IMG/VR virus record: IMGVR_UViG_3300025705_000005
Coordinates: 10,486 to 74,485 of that record
Strand: one strand, 5' to 3'
Length of the DNA stretch: 64,000 bases
DNA from: a virus
Shown: positions 7,430 to 16,337 of the stretch, piece after piece
Layout of the letters: each line of letters opens with the position of its first letter
Position numbering within the stretch: position 1 is the stretch's first letter
Made by a program: the position numbers and the translations under genes
Notes under the pieces: model-generated
What the model was told of the DNA's origin: nothing
Databases searched by the model: none
The model's input: the letters and a program-made list of their open reading frames with translations, nothing else

Positions 7430-9667
7430 TTATCCTATTTTCTTTAGTGAGTGTGTTTGTGTTGCCAACCAATATTTGTCTGGTAATCCAGCCATCTTAG
7501 ATGCTTTCTTAATAGCTTCAACTGTATTTCTTGCTTTTACTTTATATACATTCTTCTTAGATAGTTTAACACCACCAAGATTCATATCAGCAAAACTCAT
7601 TTCCCAAGTTGCAAATCCACCTTCGTTGATTTCTTCTTCTTCTACTTCTTCGGATTCGTTTACTTTTTTATTACTAACTGAAGCTAACATATCTTTTGCT
7701 GATACTTTCATCTTCATTAATTTAGATGATGGTAGTTCACCAAATCCAAATGACTCGTTTAACATAGAAGTAAGTTTCATTGATTTAGATTCGTTTGAAA
7801 ATTCTTTTGCGTTTTCTTTATCATCCTTATCAACTGATTTTACAGGATACGTTTTACCATCTACAGAAAATTCACTATCACCATTTGCGATTGCTTTAGC
7901 TCTAGCGGCACCGAATTCATTTCCTTCTTCAACCGTTTCTTCTTCATCATGCGATTCATTGATTTCGTAATACTTTCCTAACACTTCACCTATTTCATCA
8001 TAAGTAGATTCTAATCTCTGTTGTAGTGTTCCAACTTCTCTCAAAGTTTTCTCAAATATTCTAAATGATTCATTCATTCTCTTTACGTGTCTACTAACTG
8101 TAATACCATCAAATGAACCTTCAGTTTCTTTAACCATATTTTTACCAGCTGATTCTACTAACCCTCTGATTGATTCGTACACATCAGATAATCCTTCGTT
8201 TCTATATACAGTTTCACCAAACGATTTGTATGCTTTAACTGCTTCTAAAAATGCTTGCTTTTGTTCCGTAGTCATTTCTGAAGATTCTTCTCTTCTCTCT
8301 TCATCGTTTTCTTTAACGAATGGAGTGTGGAATGGGTTTGAATAAACTTTACCGTTTTCAAACGATTCTTTTAATATATCTTTTAGTTTCATAGTTCCCT
8401 CTTTTGTTATTTCCATCATCTTCTTAGCCTCAGCTTCGATTTGTTTCTTAATGTTAGATGGTACTTTTTTATCGTAATATTTTATTTTTCCTTTTGAATC
8501 AATGTGAGCTACATTTTTGTAATCACCATTTTCTTCTTCGGCTTTATTGTAAACAGTCAATCCGTTTCCTTTACGAGCCATTCCAATATCGTACTTAGCT
8601 TCGTTCATTACTGATTCGCTCATACTTAATATTGCTTTTTTCTTTTTCAACATTAGTTTAAGAAATAACTCTACCAATTTACCATTCTTATCATCAGTCA
8701 TACGGTGTGGTCTACCAACAAAATCTTGTCCGATACCATCCATCTTACCTGAACGTTGAAATTTAATCATACCTGATTGTGATTTAATTGCAAAGTCACC
8801 CATACCTAAATGTACAAGCTCTGAATTTGGTAATACACCTTTACTATAGTTTACAAAGTTACTATCTACTATTGTTTGGTTTCCAACTCTTTCGTAGTGA
8901 CCTACATCCTTACCTTCATTTACTACTGATTCATCAACTGCTGGTTTAATAAACATTAATCCAACTTTTGATTTAGGTACTTTTAATTTTTTGATTGCTA
9001 ATAGTTTTGCGTTGTAAAGGTCTTTAGCTTCACCTTTTTTAATTTCAATTTTCTTACCATTGTATCCAGCAATCCATCCTGCAAACGTTGATTCGTTTAC
9101 TGATTCGTTCTTTGTATCTGAATACAAATCTTTAACCCACTCCATTGATTCTTTATTTGGCTTAACCTGCTTACCATACTTTTTGAAGAATTTTTTAATA
9201 AACTCTTCTTCAGTTGATGATGACTTAATTGTAAGGTGTATATCACTCATCACACCCTCTTTAAGTCCCTCAGGAACACAATTAGGAACATCTTTACCAT
9301 TCTTCTTCTTCATACCTACCATTTGGTAGTTCTTCCAACAGGGGTTATCATCTTCATTTACATTATCTCTCATTGCTTTTGATAAATCGCTGATGTACTT
9401 TAGTTCTTCTTTAGCACCTTTGTGTTTAGCGTATCTATCTAAACCAAACGACATCATAATACCTAATGATAAATGTAATCTAGCTTTTGCTGCTTTTGGA
9501 TACTTTCTACCATAAGGAGATGAGTTAAACCAATCAATCATAGCTTGTGCCATTTCTTTTGATAGTTTGATTCCCTCTACTCTATCAGTATTTCCTTTTA
9601 CAATCTGTTTTAGTCCACCGATTGCTGAGATTTCGTTAAGTGAGTTTTTTATATCTGTTAATTTCAT
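7430..9667 (-). CDS. Modular putative internal head protein (candidate polyprotein)
   Basis: Likely start MKLTDIKNSLNE at 9667. More than ten [VILM](N/K)E linkers separate dissimilar short modules, including CWKNYQMVGMKKKNGKDVPNCVP. Lies directly downstream of the prohead protease. Confidence 0.6.
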   Translation of the reverse strand: MKLTDIKNSLNEISAIGGLKQIVKGNTDRVEGIKLSKEMAQAMIDWFNSSPYGRKYPKAAKARLHLSLGIMMSFGLDRYAKHKGAKEELKYISDLSKAMRDNVNEDDNPCWKNYQMVGMKKKNGKDVPNCVPEGLKEGVMSDIHLTIKSSSTEEEFIKKFFKKYGKQVKPNKESMEWVKDLYSDTKNESVNESTFAGWIAGYNGKKIEIKKGEAKDLYNAKLLAIKKLKVPKSKVGLMFIKPAVDESVVNEGKDVGHYERVGNQTIVDSNFVNYSKGVLPNSELVHLGMGDFAIKSQSGMIKFQRSGKMDGIGQDFVGRPHRMTDDKNGKLVELFLKLMLKKKKAILSMSESVMNEAKYDIGMARKGNGLTVYNKAEEENGDYKNVAHIDSKGKIKYYDKKVPSNIKKQIEAEAKKMMEITKEGTMKLKDILKESFENGKVYSNPFHTPFVKENDEERREESSEMTTEQKQAFLEAVKAYKSFGETVYRNEGLSDVYESIRGLVESAGKNMVKETEGSFDGITVSRHVKRMNESFRIFEKTLREVGTLQQRLESTYDEIGEVLGKYYEINESHDEEETVEEGNEFGAARAKAIANGDSEFSVDGKTYPVKSVDKDDKENAKEFSNESKSMKLTSMLNESFGFGELPSSKLMKMKVSAKDMLASVSNKKVNESEEVEEEEINEGGFATWEMSFADMNLGGVKLSKKNVYKVKARNTVEAIKKASKMAGLPDKYWLATQTHSLKKIG

Positions 9668-9677
9668 ATTATTTCCC

Positions 9678-10295
9678 TTAGATTGAACAAACACCATCTA
9701 TTTCACAGATGATATCTCTTACCAATGTATTAATTTTTTTATATGAAGGTTTTTTACCCTTACTTACTACTGATTCATTTACAGGTCTCATAAATGCACC
9801 ATGTGTTGATGGGTTTGAAACAAAATCCCAACAAATTAAATCAAAATCATCTTCTACAGTTACAGTTTTACCATTACTAGCTTCTTTTACAGAACCCATA
9901 CCTCTTGAAGAGATACCAACAGTACAACCTGCCTCTAAAAGTTCTTTGAGGATGTTGCCTGCTGGAGTTTTAAGTACTTCTACCTTACCCATTACATCAT
10001 CACCCTTCCAATATACTTCTCTGATGATATGTGAAGTATTTTTTAGTTCAACTACAGAAGATTCAGGATGGTCTAACTCACCAAATGCTCTATTTTCTTT
10101 AATTTCTCTACCTTTGTACTTTTCCACTTCTCTTTCTAAGATTGAACGTGGATAAACTCTACCATTTTGGTTTTCAGCTTCAGCTCTTTGTAGCACACCA
10201 TTAACAATCAACCTACCATTGTTATCTTCCAATGATTCATTGATTTGCCTCTTAGTTAGAGTAAAAGGAATTGTATCTATAAGTAATCTACCCAT
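9678..10295 (-). CDS. Prohead protease (T4 gp21-like)
   Basis: NQNGRVYP, GELDHP, SHII, LKTPAG, GISSRGMGS and DFVSNPS match gp21 motifs. Start 10295 overlaps the upstream stop (TAATG). Confidence 0.93.
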   Translation of the reverse strand: MGRLLIDTIPFTLTKRQINESLEDNNGRLIVNGVLQRAEAENQNGRVYPRSILEREVEKYKGREIKENRAFGELDHPESSVVELKNTSHIIREVYWKGDDVMGKVEVLKTPAGNILKELLEAGCTVGISSRGMGSVKEASNGKTVTVEDDFDLICWDFVSNPSTHGAFMRPVNESVVSKGKKPSYKKINTLVRDIICEIDGVCSI

Positions 10296-10429
10296 TATGC
10301 TCCCCACACTTTTCGTTTTCTATATAAATCAAACATGATTTGTGCTACTTCATATCTTATAAGTAGACGAATATTCTCCAAATCCTTATTTGAAAGTTCT
10401 TCTTTTAATATTTTCTTTTTTAAACTCAT
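10295..10429 (-). CDS. Small 44 aa protein below the ORF-track cutoff
   Basis: MSLKKKILKEELSNKDLENIRLLIRYEVAQIMFDLYRKRKVWGA*. ATGA overlap upstream and TAATG overlap downstream fill the gap exactly. Confidence 0.8.
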   Translation of the reverse strand: MSLKKKILKEELSNKDLENIRLLIRYEVAQIMFDLYRKRKVWGA

Positions 10430-10914
10430 GATGAAAGTTCTTTTAAGCTTCTAGCCACTTTTAACATACGTTCTGATATCTTAGAGAATCTTCTTTGAGT
10501 CGATTCCCAATACTGACCATTATGAACACCTGCTTCAGTTTTCAATTTAGTGTTTTGATTAACGATTCTCTCTAACTTAAACATCATACTATTGATTTCT
10601 TTAATAGAATGGTTAATTTTCTGATGTTGTTTTAGGTTCTCATCTTTCTTATACTCTTTATAAGAAATTTCGTTAATTTTATTTTCTAACTTACGTTCTA
10701 ATGATTCTAATTTTTTTGAGTTCATCTTTGATTCCTTTGTTTTCTTATAACCTAACACCTCAATGTGGTCATCATCCAACTCATCCTCTTCTTTACTCTT
10801 AGAAAACGCATGTGGAGTTTTTACAGGGCCTTCACCACCATCTAAATTAGCAGTTACGTTAGCTTCTTCTATTTCTTCAAACTTATTTTCAATTTCTTTT
10901 AGTAAACTTTTCAT
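10426..10914 (-). CDS. Hypothetical head-assembly-region protein
   Basis: 162 aa in the portal-protease operon with overlapping starts/stops; LLKE and INE sites. Confidence 0.6.
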   Translation of the reverse strand: MKSLLKEIENKFEEIEEANVTANLDGGEGPVKTPHAFSKSKEEDELDDDHIEVLGYKKTKESKMNSKKLESLERKLENKINEISYKEYKKDENLKQHQKINHSIKEINSMMFKLERIVNQNTKLKTEAGVHNGQYWESTQRRFSKISERMLKVARSLKELSS

Positions 10915-11759
10915 TTGAATACCCTTTTTAGTTCGTTATGAAGTTCTGTATATCTTAGTAATGATAAAATCTGAGCTTCTGTAATTACTTTAGCTATCTT
11001 TACTTTGGATATTAGTTTTACAACTTCGTTTACTTTAATCTGAGTAACCTTATCTGTAACTTTAACTGCTTTAATGCTTTTTGATAAAGAATTACATTCT
11101 CTTACTACAAACTTTTTCAGTTTTTCAGAATTATCTACAGAGTTAATATACTCTCTAAGGATATCTTGCTGTTTATCAGTTAATGTAGTATATTTGTTGT
11201 TGAAATTTTCAACTAACATCTTCCAAGCAAGTAATCTTACTTCTTTTGGTTGTTTTGAATACTCTTCATTAATAGTACTAACTACTACATCAGTAGGTTG
11301 TGAGTTGCCTGTTAAAGATTCCATTAATGTAGATTTACATTCTACATATTCTTTTGGATTATCTGAATTGCTATGTTCAAACAATTTATATATAGATGCA
11401 TTCTCTTTATAGTTAGATACTCTATAGTTAAAGAAATCTTCTAATACAAAGTTTTTCTTTATTGCTTTAATCAGATTGTATTTTTGTTTATTAAGAGCCG
11501 ATTCACTTAATTTAGCTCGTTCGCTTAAAATAATGTTTACAAATTCAGAAGCTTTGTAGTCTGAACTGAATGATTCTTCTATCAACGCTTTATACAGTCT
11601 AAGCTCTTTAGCTAACTCAGTACTTTTACCAAAATGCTCTCTTATAGTATAAGTAGCTTTAGAATCTCTGTTGTTTAAAGTATCAGTACTTATCTGTCGC
11701 ACTAATAATTCAAATAGAATTCCTGTGTTTTTGTACTTACTATGTTTTAATTTTTTCAT
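10911..11759 (-). CDS. Hypothetical helical protein downstream of portal (possible prohead core component)
   Basis: Likely start MKKLKHSKYKNTGILFELL at 11759 (GAGGA upstream). Function inferred only from position. Confidence 0.55.
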   Translation of the reverse strand: MKKLKHSKYKNTGILFELLVRQISTDTLNNRDSKATYTIREHFGKSTELAKELRLYKALIEESFSSDYKASEFVNIILSERAKLSESALNKQKYNLIKAIKKNFVLEDFFNYRVSNYKENASIYKLFEHSNSDNPKEYVECKSTLMESLTGNSQPTDVVVSTINEEYSKQPKEVRLLAWKMLVENFNNKYTTLTDKQQDILREYINSVDNSEKLKKFVVRECNSLSKSIKAVKVTDKVTQIKVNEVVKLISKVKIAKVITEAQILSLLRYTELHNELKRVFK

Positions 11760-11803
11760 TGTGTTCCTCATCGTTTTGGATAAAAGTAACTATGTATTTT
11801 GTT

Positions 11804-11811
11804 TATAAATA
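11804..11811 (-). promoter_or_regulatory. Putative late promoter motif TATTTATA
   Basis: Intergenic, between portal and the next gene. Confidence 0.5.
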
Positions 11812-11819
11812 TAATAATT

Positions 11820-13697
11820 TTAAGAATCCAATATGTTTTTTTCATCTAATAATGGTGATGGTGTCTCATTTGTATCAGTTTTTAAAGATTCACGCAACAT
11901 TTCCTTTGTTTTTACTTTAGATTTCATACGTGATACTATCCCTGTAATTTGTTCTTGATTGATAACTGAAGTAGCATTGTATCGTTCATTCTTAGATAAA
12001 GATTTGTTACCTAATGGGTCTCTACCAAATGGATTTTCATCCGTACCATAGTTACCACCTTCTTTAGGTCTACCTGCTCCATCAAATCCACCTTCTGGCG
12101 CCCCACCTTTGTTTTCACCAAATGGGTCGTTTCCACTATCACCACCACCTTCATCACCACCTTGTTGTAATGTTGCTAAATCATGTGGAGTACCAAATGA
12201 TTCACCAGTCTTAACCGGGTCATTACCTTCTGATTCAATTTGTTCATGTCTGAATCCTAATTTTAAATCATTGATAACTTTGAATTGCTCTTCTTTCCAC
12301 TCATCTTCACTCATATTGAATATATTCTTATAAACCCAATCTTGCGATACCATTTTTAAATCTTTTATATCGCTAGCCAATGAAATCTTTTCAGACCAAA
12401 GGTTTGCTTTCTCTTGCTCATATATAATAGATGGATTGGTAAGTTCTAATTCGAAGTTTACTAATTGGTCATCTGTATATCCTTGCGAATATAAATGTAC
12501 AATTGCAATCTTAGTTAATTCTGAAAGTACAATCTTTTGGATTCTTTCTACAGAACGTGCAAATCTAATATCTTCTTGTGCTAATGTAGCTTTTCCTTCT
12601 ACACCTTCTTCATACCCAATAAATGCTTTCGGAACTTTAAGTGCAGCTAACATTCTGTTTCTTAGGTATTCAATATCATCAATACCACCAAACTCCATTC
12701 CACTTAGGGAATCAATCTCAGTACCACTCTGCCCACCTCTTACAGGTAGATAGTAATCTTCCATCATATTCTGCATATTGAATTTAAGATTGTAATCACC
12801 AGTAGTTTCATCGATATAAGGAACTTTTTTCATCTGGTCTATAATAGATGCCATATATGTATCTACTTCTGCAGGTGGAATGTTTCCAATATCAATTTTA
12901 AAGATTCTCTTTTCAGGTGCTCTCATAATTCTATGAATCATCATAGCATCTTCCATAAGAGTTAATTGTTTCCAAGTCTTTCTTGCACCTTCTAATAGTG
13001 AACGGCCATAAGGAAGGAAGTTTGTATCTGTTAATAATCTAAAGTGAGCCACCTGAAACGATTCTAAGAACTTAGTATTGTTTCTTTGTGAAATGGCGTT
13101 TGTATTTTGTTCTTCTACTTCAAATCTTACTGAGTAAGGATTATCTAAATCATATCCTTCTTCTCTACGAGTTTCATAACAAGATAATGGTTGTGCATTT
13201 ACAACACCTAACTCATCATCAATATCTAAGTAAAGATAATAATCACCATATTTGTTCATACCTCTAACCCAAGACCAAAGATTGAACTCAATGTTCAATA
13301 CATCGTAGAATAAGTTATGTAATGTTTTCTTTAATTTTTCATCATTAGATTTAATACGGATTACATCACCCATATCATTTTTTAACGTACATTCATCTGA
13401 GTATATATCTAAAATAGATGAGATAATAGAATCCTTATCCATTGCCTCATAATCTGTATATAGTTCTAACTTATTTGAATGATAATTAAATCTTTCGTTG
13501 TATGTTTGCCAATTCTTTCTTGAGTTAGAACCATGCAATCTACCATACCTATCATAATACGCAGAACCTCTACGATTACCATCAGATTGTAGTCTTGATG
13601 AATCTACTACCTTTAACTTATCTTTACCAACTCTTCTTACAACTACTTGAGTTGAGAATAATCTCTTTAATCTACCAAATAATGATGTATCTGCCAT
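11820..13697 (-). CDS. Portal protein (T4 gp20-like)
   Basis: QLTLMEDAMMIHRIMRAPEKRIFKIDIGN, EDYYLP, GTEIDSL and DDIEYLRNRMLAALKVP match gp20 motifs. Confidence 0.95.
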   Translation of the reverse strand: MADTSLFGRLKRLFSTQVVVRRVGKDKLKVVDSSRLQSDGNRRGSAYYDRYGRLHGSNSRKNWQTYNERFNYHSNKLELYTDYEAMDKDSIISSILDIYSDECTLKNDMGDVIRIKSNDEKLKKTLHNLFYDVLNIEFNLWSWVRGMNKYGDYYLYLDIDDELGVVNAQPLSCYETRREEGYDLDNPYSVRFEVEEQNTNAISQRNNTKFLESFQVAHFRLLTDTNFLPYGRSLLEGARKTWKQLTLMEDAMMIHRIMRAPEKRIFKIDIGNIPPAEVDTYMASIIDQMKKVPYIDETTGDYNLKFNMQNMMEDYYLPVRGGQSGTEIDSLSGMEFGGIDDIEYLRNRMLAALKVPKAFIGYEEGVEGKATLAQEDIRFARSVERIQKIVLSELTKIAIVHLYSQGYTDDQLVNFELELTNPSIIYEQEKANLWSEKISLASDIKDLKMVSQDWVYKNIFNMSEDEWKEEQFKVINDLKLGFRHEQIESEGNDPVKTGESFGTPHDLATLQQGGDEGGGDSGNDPFGENKGGAPEGGFDGAGRPKEGGNYGTDENPFGRDPLGNKSLSKNERYNATSVINQEQITGIVSRMKSKVKTKEMLRESLKTDTNETPSPLLDEKNILDS

Positions 13698-13728
13698 AAT
13701 GCTTTTTCTTTAATTATCACTTATAATA

Positions 13729-13762
13729 TATAAATATACAAAAAATATTTTTAATAACCTAA
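13729..13762 (-). promoter_or_regulatory. Overlapping host-type (TTAG-N20-TATATTTA) and late-type (TATTTATA) promoter motifs upstream of portal
   Basis: TTAG at 13759-13762, TATATTTA at 13731-13738, TATTTATA at 13729-13736. Confidence 0.5.
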
Positions 13763-13764
13763 TT

Positions 13765-15336
13765 TTATAGTAACCAACTTATATCTTCATCACCTTTACC
13801 AGTTTTAACCTTCCAAGAATCCGTTGCTTTACCTTGGTTTGTTTTAAAAACACCTGAGTGTTTGGTAGTATGGTTTAATGCCCTTCTAGTTAATTCAATT
13901 CCTTGCTGTCTAAGTTTAAGTGCGGTATCTCTTACCCATAACCCTGTACAAAATGATATTGTTAAATCATCATTATATCCAGATTGAGCTTCTGCTCTAC
14001 TTCCATTCCATATAAAAGTAAAAAGTTCATCAATTAATCTTTTGGAACGGATGATTGGAACTCTTTCTCTCATATAAGTATCTAATTTTGATATAACTAA
14101 TGGGCGTGTTCTACTAGTCATTGAAAACCCTGGAACCATTTGGGATTTATCTTTTAAATCATATCCCTTTTGTAAATGTATATCTTCATCTACATATCCA
14201 AATTCTTTAAAAGAATAATATAGATTAGAATAATTTCTATCTATTGCTTCTTGAATAACTGCCCAACCAATATTAGCGTTTTCAATCACTAATAATGCAT
14301 CGTTCCATTCGGTTGCAACGTTTACTAACATATTACCATAATCTTTAGTACCAATCTTACCTTTGTACTCAGCAACCTGCTCTACACTCTCTACATCAAT
14401 GACGTGGAATGCTGAATAATCTGCTCCATCACCTCTAGCGACATCGGCAACTACTACATAATCTTTAGTATAATTTGGTTGTGACCATAACCAATAGTTT
14501 CCATCGAACCCTCTTTTTTCAACTGGTTCTTGTACATGAGTTTCTTCATACCATTTTAGGAGCTGCCCATCTACAACTGTATAACCAGAACTGATAAAAT
14601 CACAATCACATTCCTGTGCTGCCATCTTCTCACCTAATAGTTGAGTTTGTTCTACTCTCCAAGATTCATTTCTTTCAGGGTGTACAGTCCAATGAAGTTT
14701 GATTGGATTCCAACCATCATTCTGTTCACCTTTTAACCAAGTTTTGTGAAAGAAGTTACCAACACCATTGGGAGTTGATAATACAATTGCCTTACCACCA
14801 GTTGAAAGAGTAGATTGAGCGGATGCCCAAATCTCATCTACACTTTTAATAAATGCAGCTTCATCTATAATCAACATTGATAATGCTTCTGAACGACCTG
14901 CATCACCACTAGCTGATGTTGCTTTGATTGTTGAACCATTTCGTAATCGTAAGGATAGTTTGTTATCTTCTTCAGTTTCACCTCTTAGCCAACTCGGTAA
15001 GTTCTCATGCATATACCTAACCTTAGTAACTAAGTTTTTAGCTACCTCTTGTTTAGTTGCAATTACCAATATGTTTTTATCTTCGTGAAATAACATCATC
15101 CATAAAGAATAACCTGCGGATAATGTTGAGATACCTAACTGACGTGATTTAAGGATTACATTGTATCGGTGGTCGTTAAACTCACCCATAACATCTTCTT
15201 GGAAAGGATACAAATCAAAAAGAATCTTACCTCTCTTTGGGTGTTGTATATAACAATACTTCTTAAAGAAGTAAACTGGGTCTGTAGCACATTTAACGTA
15301 CTCTTCCCTAATAAGTTCTTTTATGTTCTTGCTCAT
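13765..15336 (-). CDS. terL: Terminase large subunit (T4 gp17-like)
   Basis: LYPFQ, Walker A KSRQLGIST, Walker B LIIDEAAF, STPNG and nuclease ADVARG..DYS / DDL. Start MSKNIKE at 15336 (ATGA overlap). Confidence 0.95.
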   Translation of the reverse strand: MSKNIKELIREEYVKCATDPVYFFKKYCYIQHPKRGKILFDLYPFQEDVMGEFNDHRYNVILKSRQLGISTLSAGYSLWMMLFHEDKNILVIATKQEVAKNLVTKVRYMHENLPSWLRGETEEDNKLSLRLRNGSTIKATSASGDAGRSEALSMLIIDEAAFIKSVDEIWASAQSTLSTGGKAIVLSTPNGVGNFFHKTWLKGEQNDGWNPIKLHWTVHPERNESWRVEQTQLLGEKMAAQECDCDFISSGYTVVDGQLLKWYEETHVQEPVEKRGFDGNYWLWSQPNYTKDYVVVADVARGDGADYSAFHVIDVESVEQVAEYKGKIGTKDYGNMLVNVATEWNDALLVIENANIGWAVIQEAIDRNYSNLYYSFKEFGYVDEDIHLQKGYDLKDKSQMVPGFSMTSRTRPLVISKLDTYMRERVPIIRSKRLIDELFTFIWNGSRAEAQSGYNDDLTISFCTGLWVRDTALKLRQQGIELTRRALNHTTKHSGVFKTNQGKATDSWKVKTGKGDEDISWLL

Positions 15337-15932
15337 TTCTTTCCCAATTTCCAAAGAAACTGAGTAGATATGATTGGTTGGAATTGGTCATTTAATCCAA
15401 TACCCAATCCAAATGCCTGCTTCTTCTTTGTTCTAAGTAATATAGAACCACCAACATAATTAAATTGCTTAGTTGTTCCATTCAAACCAAATCCTACATA
15501 GAATTCGTTTTTATTAATATACTTTGTTTCAGTTACAGTAGTTGTTGGGTAGATTAAATCGTAGATTATTTTTCTTGATAAAATTTTGTTCTGTGAGATA
15601 GTATCTTTAATTGTTAAATTCAATGAATCTAATTGTTGAAAGTCCTCATAAACATATTTTGCGAAGTAATCCTCTAAAATAGATAGAGTATCAATTTTCT
15701 GAGTTAACCTAATGGTATCAATCTCAGTTTTGATTCTGGTAACTATTTTAGGAACGTATTTTGTAACTTCTTTAGTAATGGTGTCGTATTTCGTTTCTAC
15801 CTTTGTGATAATAGTAGGCTCGGATGGAGTATTATCTACTCCACCTGTACCACTGCATTGTCTTAGAAAAATTATTACTATAATTAATACTAAGATTATC
15901 AGATTCTTAAAATTTCCGATATACTTTTCCAT
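15333..15932 (-). CDS. Membrane-anchored protein, possibly spanin-like
   Basis: N-terminal hydrophobic helix ending LRQCS, an extended T/I/V-rich stalk, and C-terminal amphipathic beta-strands ending FLWKL. Confidence 0.45.
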   Translation of the reverse strand: MEKYIGNFKNLIILVLIIVIIFLRQCSGTGGVDNTPSEPTIITKVETKYDTITKEVTKYVPKIVTRIKTEIDTIRLTQKIDTLSILEDYFAKYVYEDFQQLDSLNLTIKDTISQNKILSRKIIYDLIYPTTTVTETKYINKNEFYVGFGLNGTTKQFNYVGGSILLRTKKKQAFGLGIGLNDQFQPIISTQFLWKLGKK

Positions 15933-15941
15933 TTGCTACGC

Positions 15942-16274
15942 TTATTTTTTAGTAGCAGGTTTTCTTTTTTTGTTTGCTGGCTTTCTACCTTTTCGGTTTC
16001 CACCCTTTGCAGCTTCTACAACATCTTTAGATTGTTTAGCTAAGTTTTTACCAGCTTCTTTAACGTCTTTAAGTTCTTCTTTAACTCTCTTAACTCTACG
16101 TTTAACTTCTGATTTTACTTCTGCTACTTCTTCTTTGATATCTTCTACTGTATCCTCTACTACATCAGGAATAAAATCTCCATCTCTATCTTTGATTTTT
16201 CCAGTGTATAGTAAAACTGCGTATGTTGCTGCTATAACTGCTACAATTCCTACGATAATTAATAATGTACTCAT
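15942..16274 (-). CDS. Small membrane protein with coiled coil and basic tail
   Basis: N-terminal TM helix, DRDGDFIPD acidic loop, K/R-rich C-terminus. Confidence 0.6.
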   Translation of the reverse strand: MSTLLIIVGIVAVIAATYAVLLYTGKIKDRDGDFIPDVVEDTVEDIKEEVAEVKSEVKRRVKRVKEELKDVKEAGKNLAKQSKDVVEAAKGGNRKGRKPANKKRKPATKK

Positions 16275-16305
16275 AATTTGCCTTTTTAGATTAAACTTCT
16301 TATAC

Positions 16306-16313
16306 TATAAATA
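16306..16313 (-). promoter_or_regulatory. Putative late promoter motif TATTTATA
   Basis: 32 nt upstream of the start at 16274. Confidence 0.55.
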
Positions 16314-16337
16314 TGGTAATATATTTAATAAACCTAT

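Noticed and set aside
13765-15336. Intein or intron in terminase, portal or capsid genes
   Set aside because: Lengths and motif spacing are normal, and I saw no splice-junction or homing endonuclease motifs.
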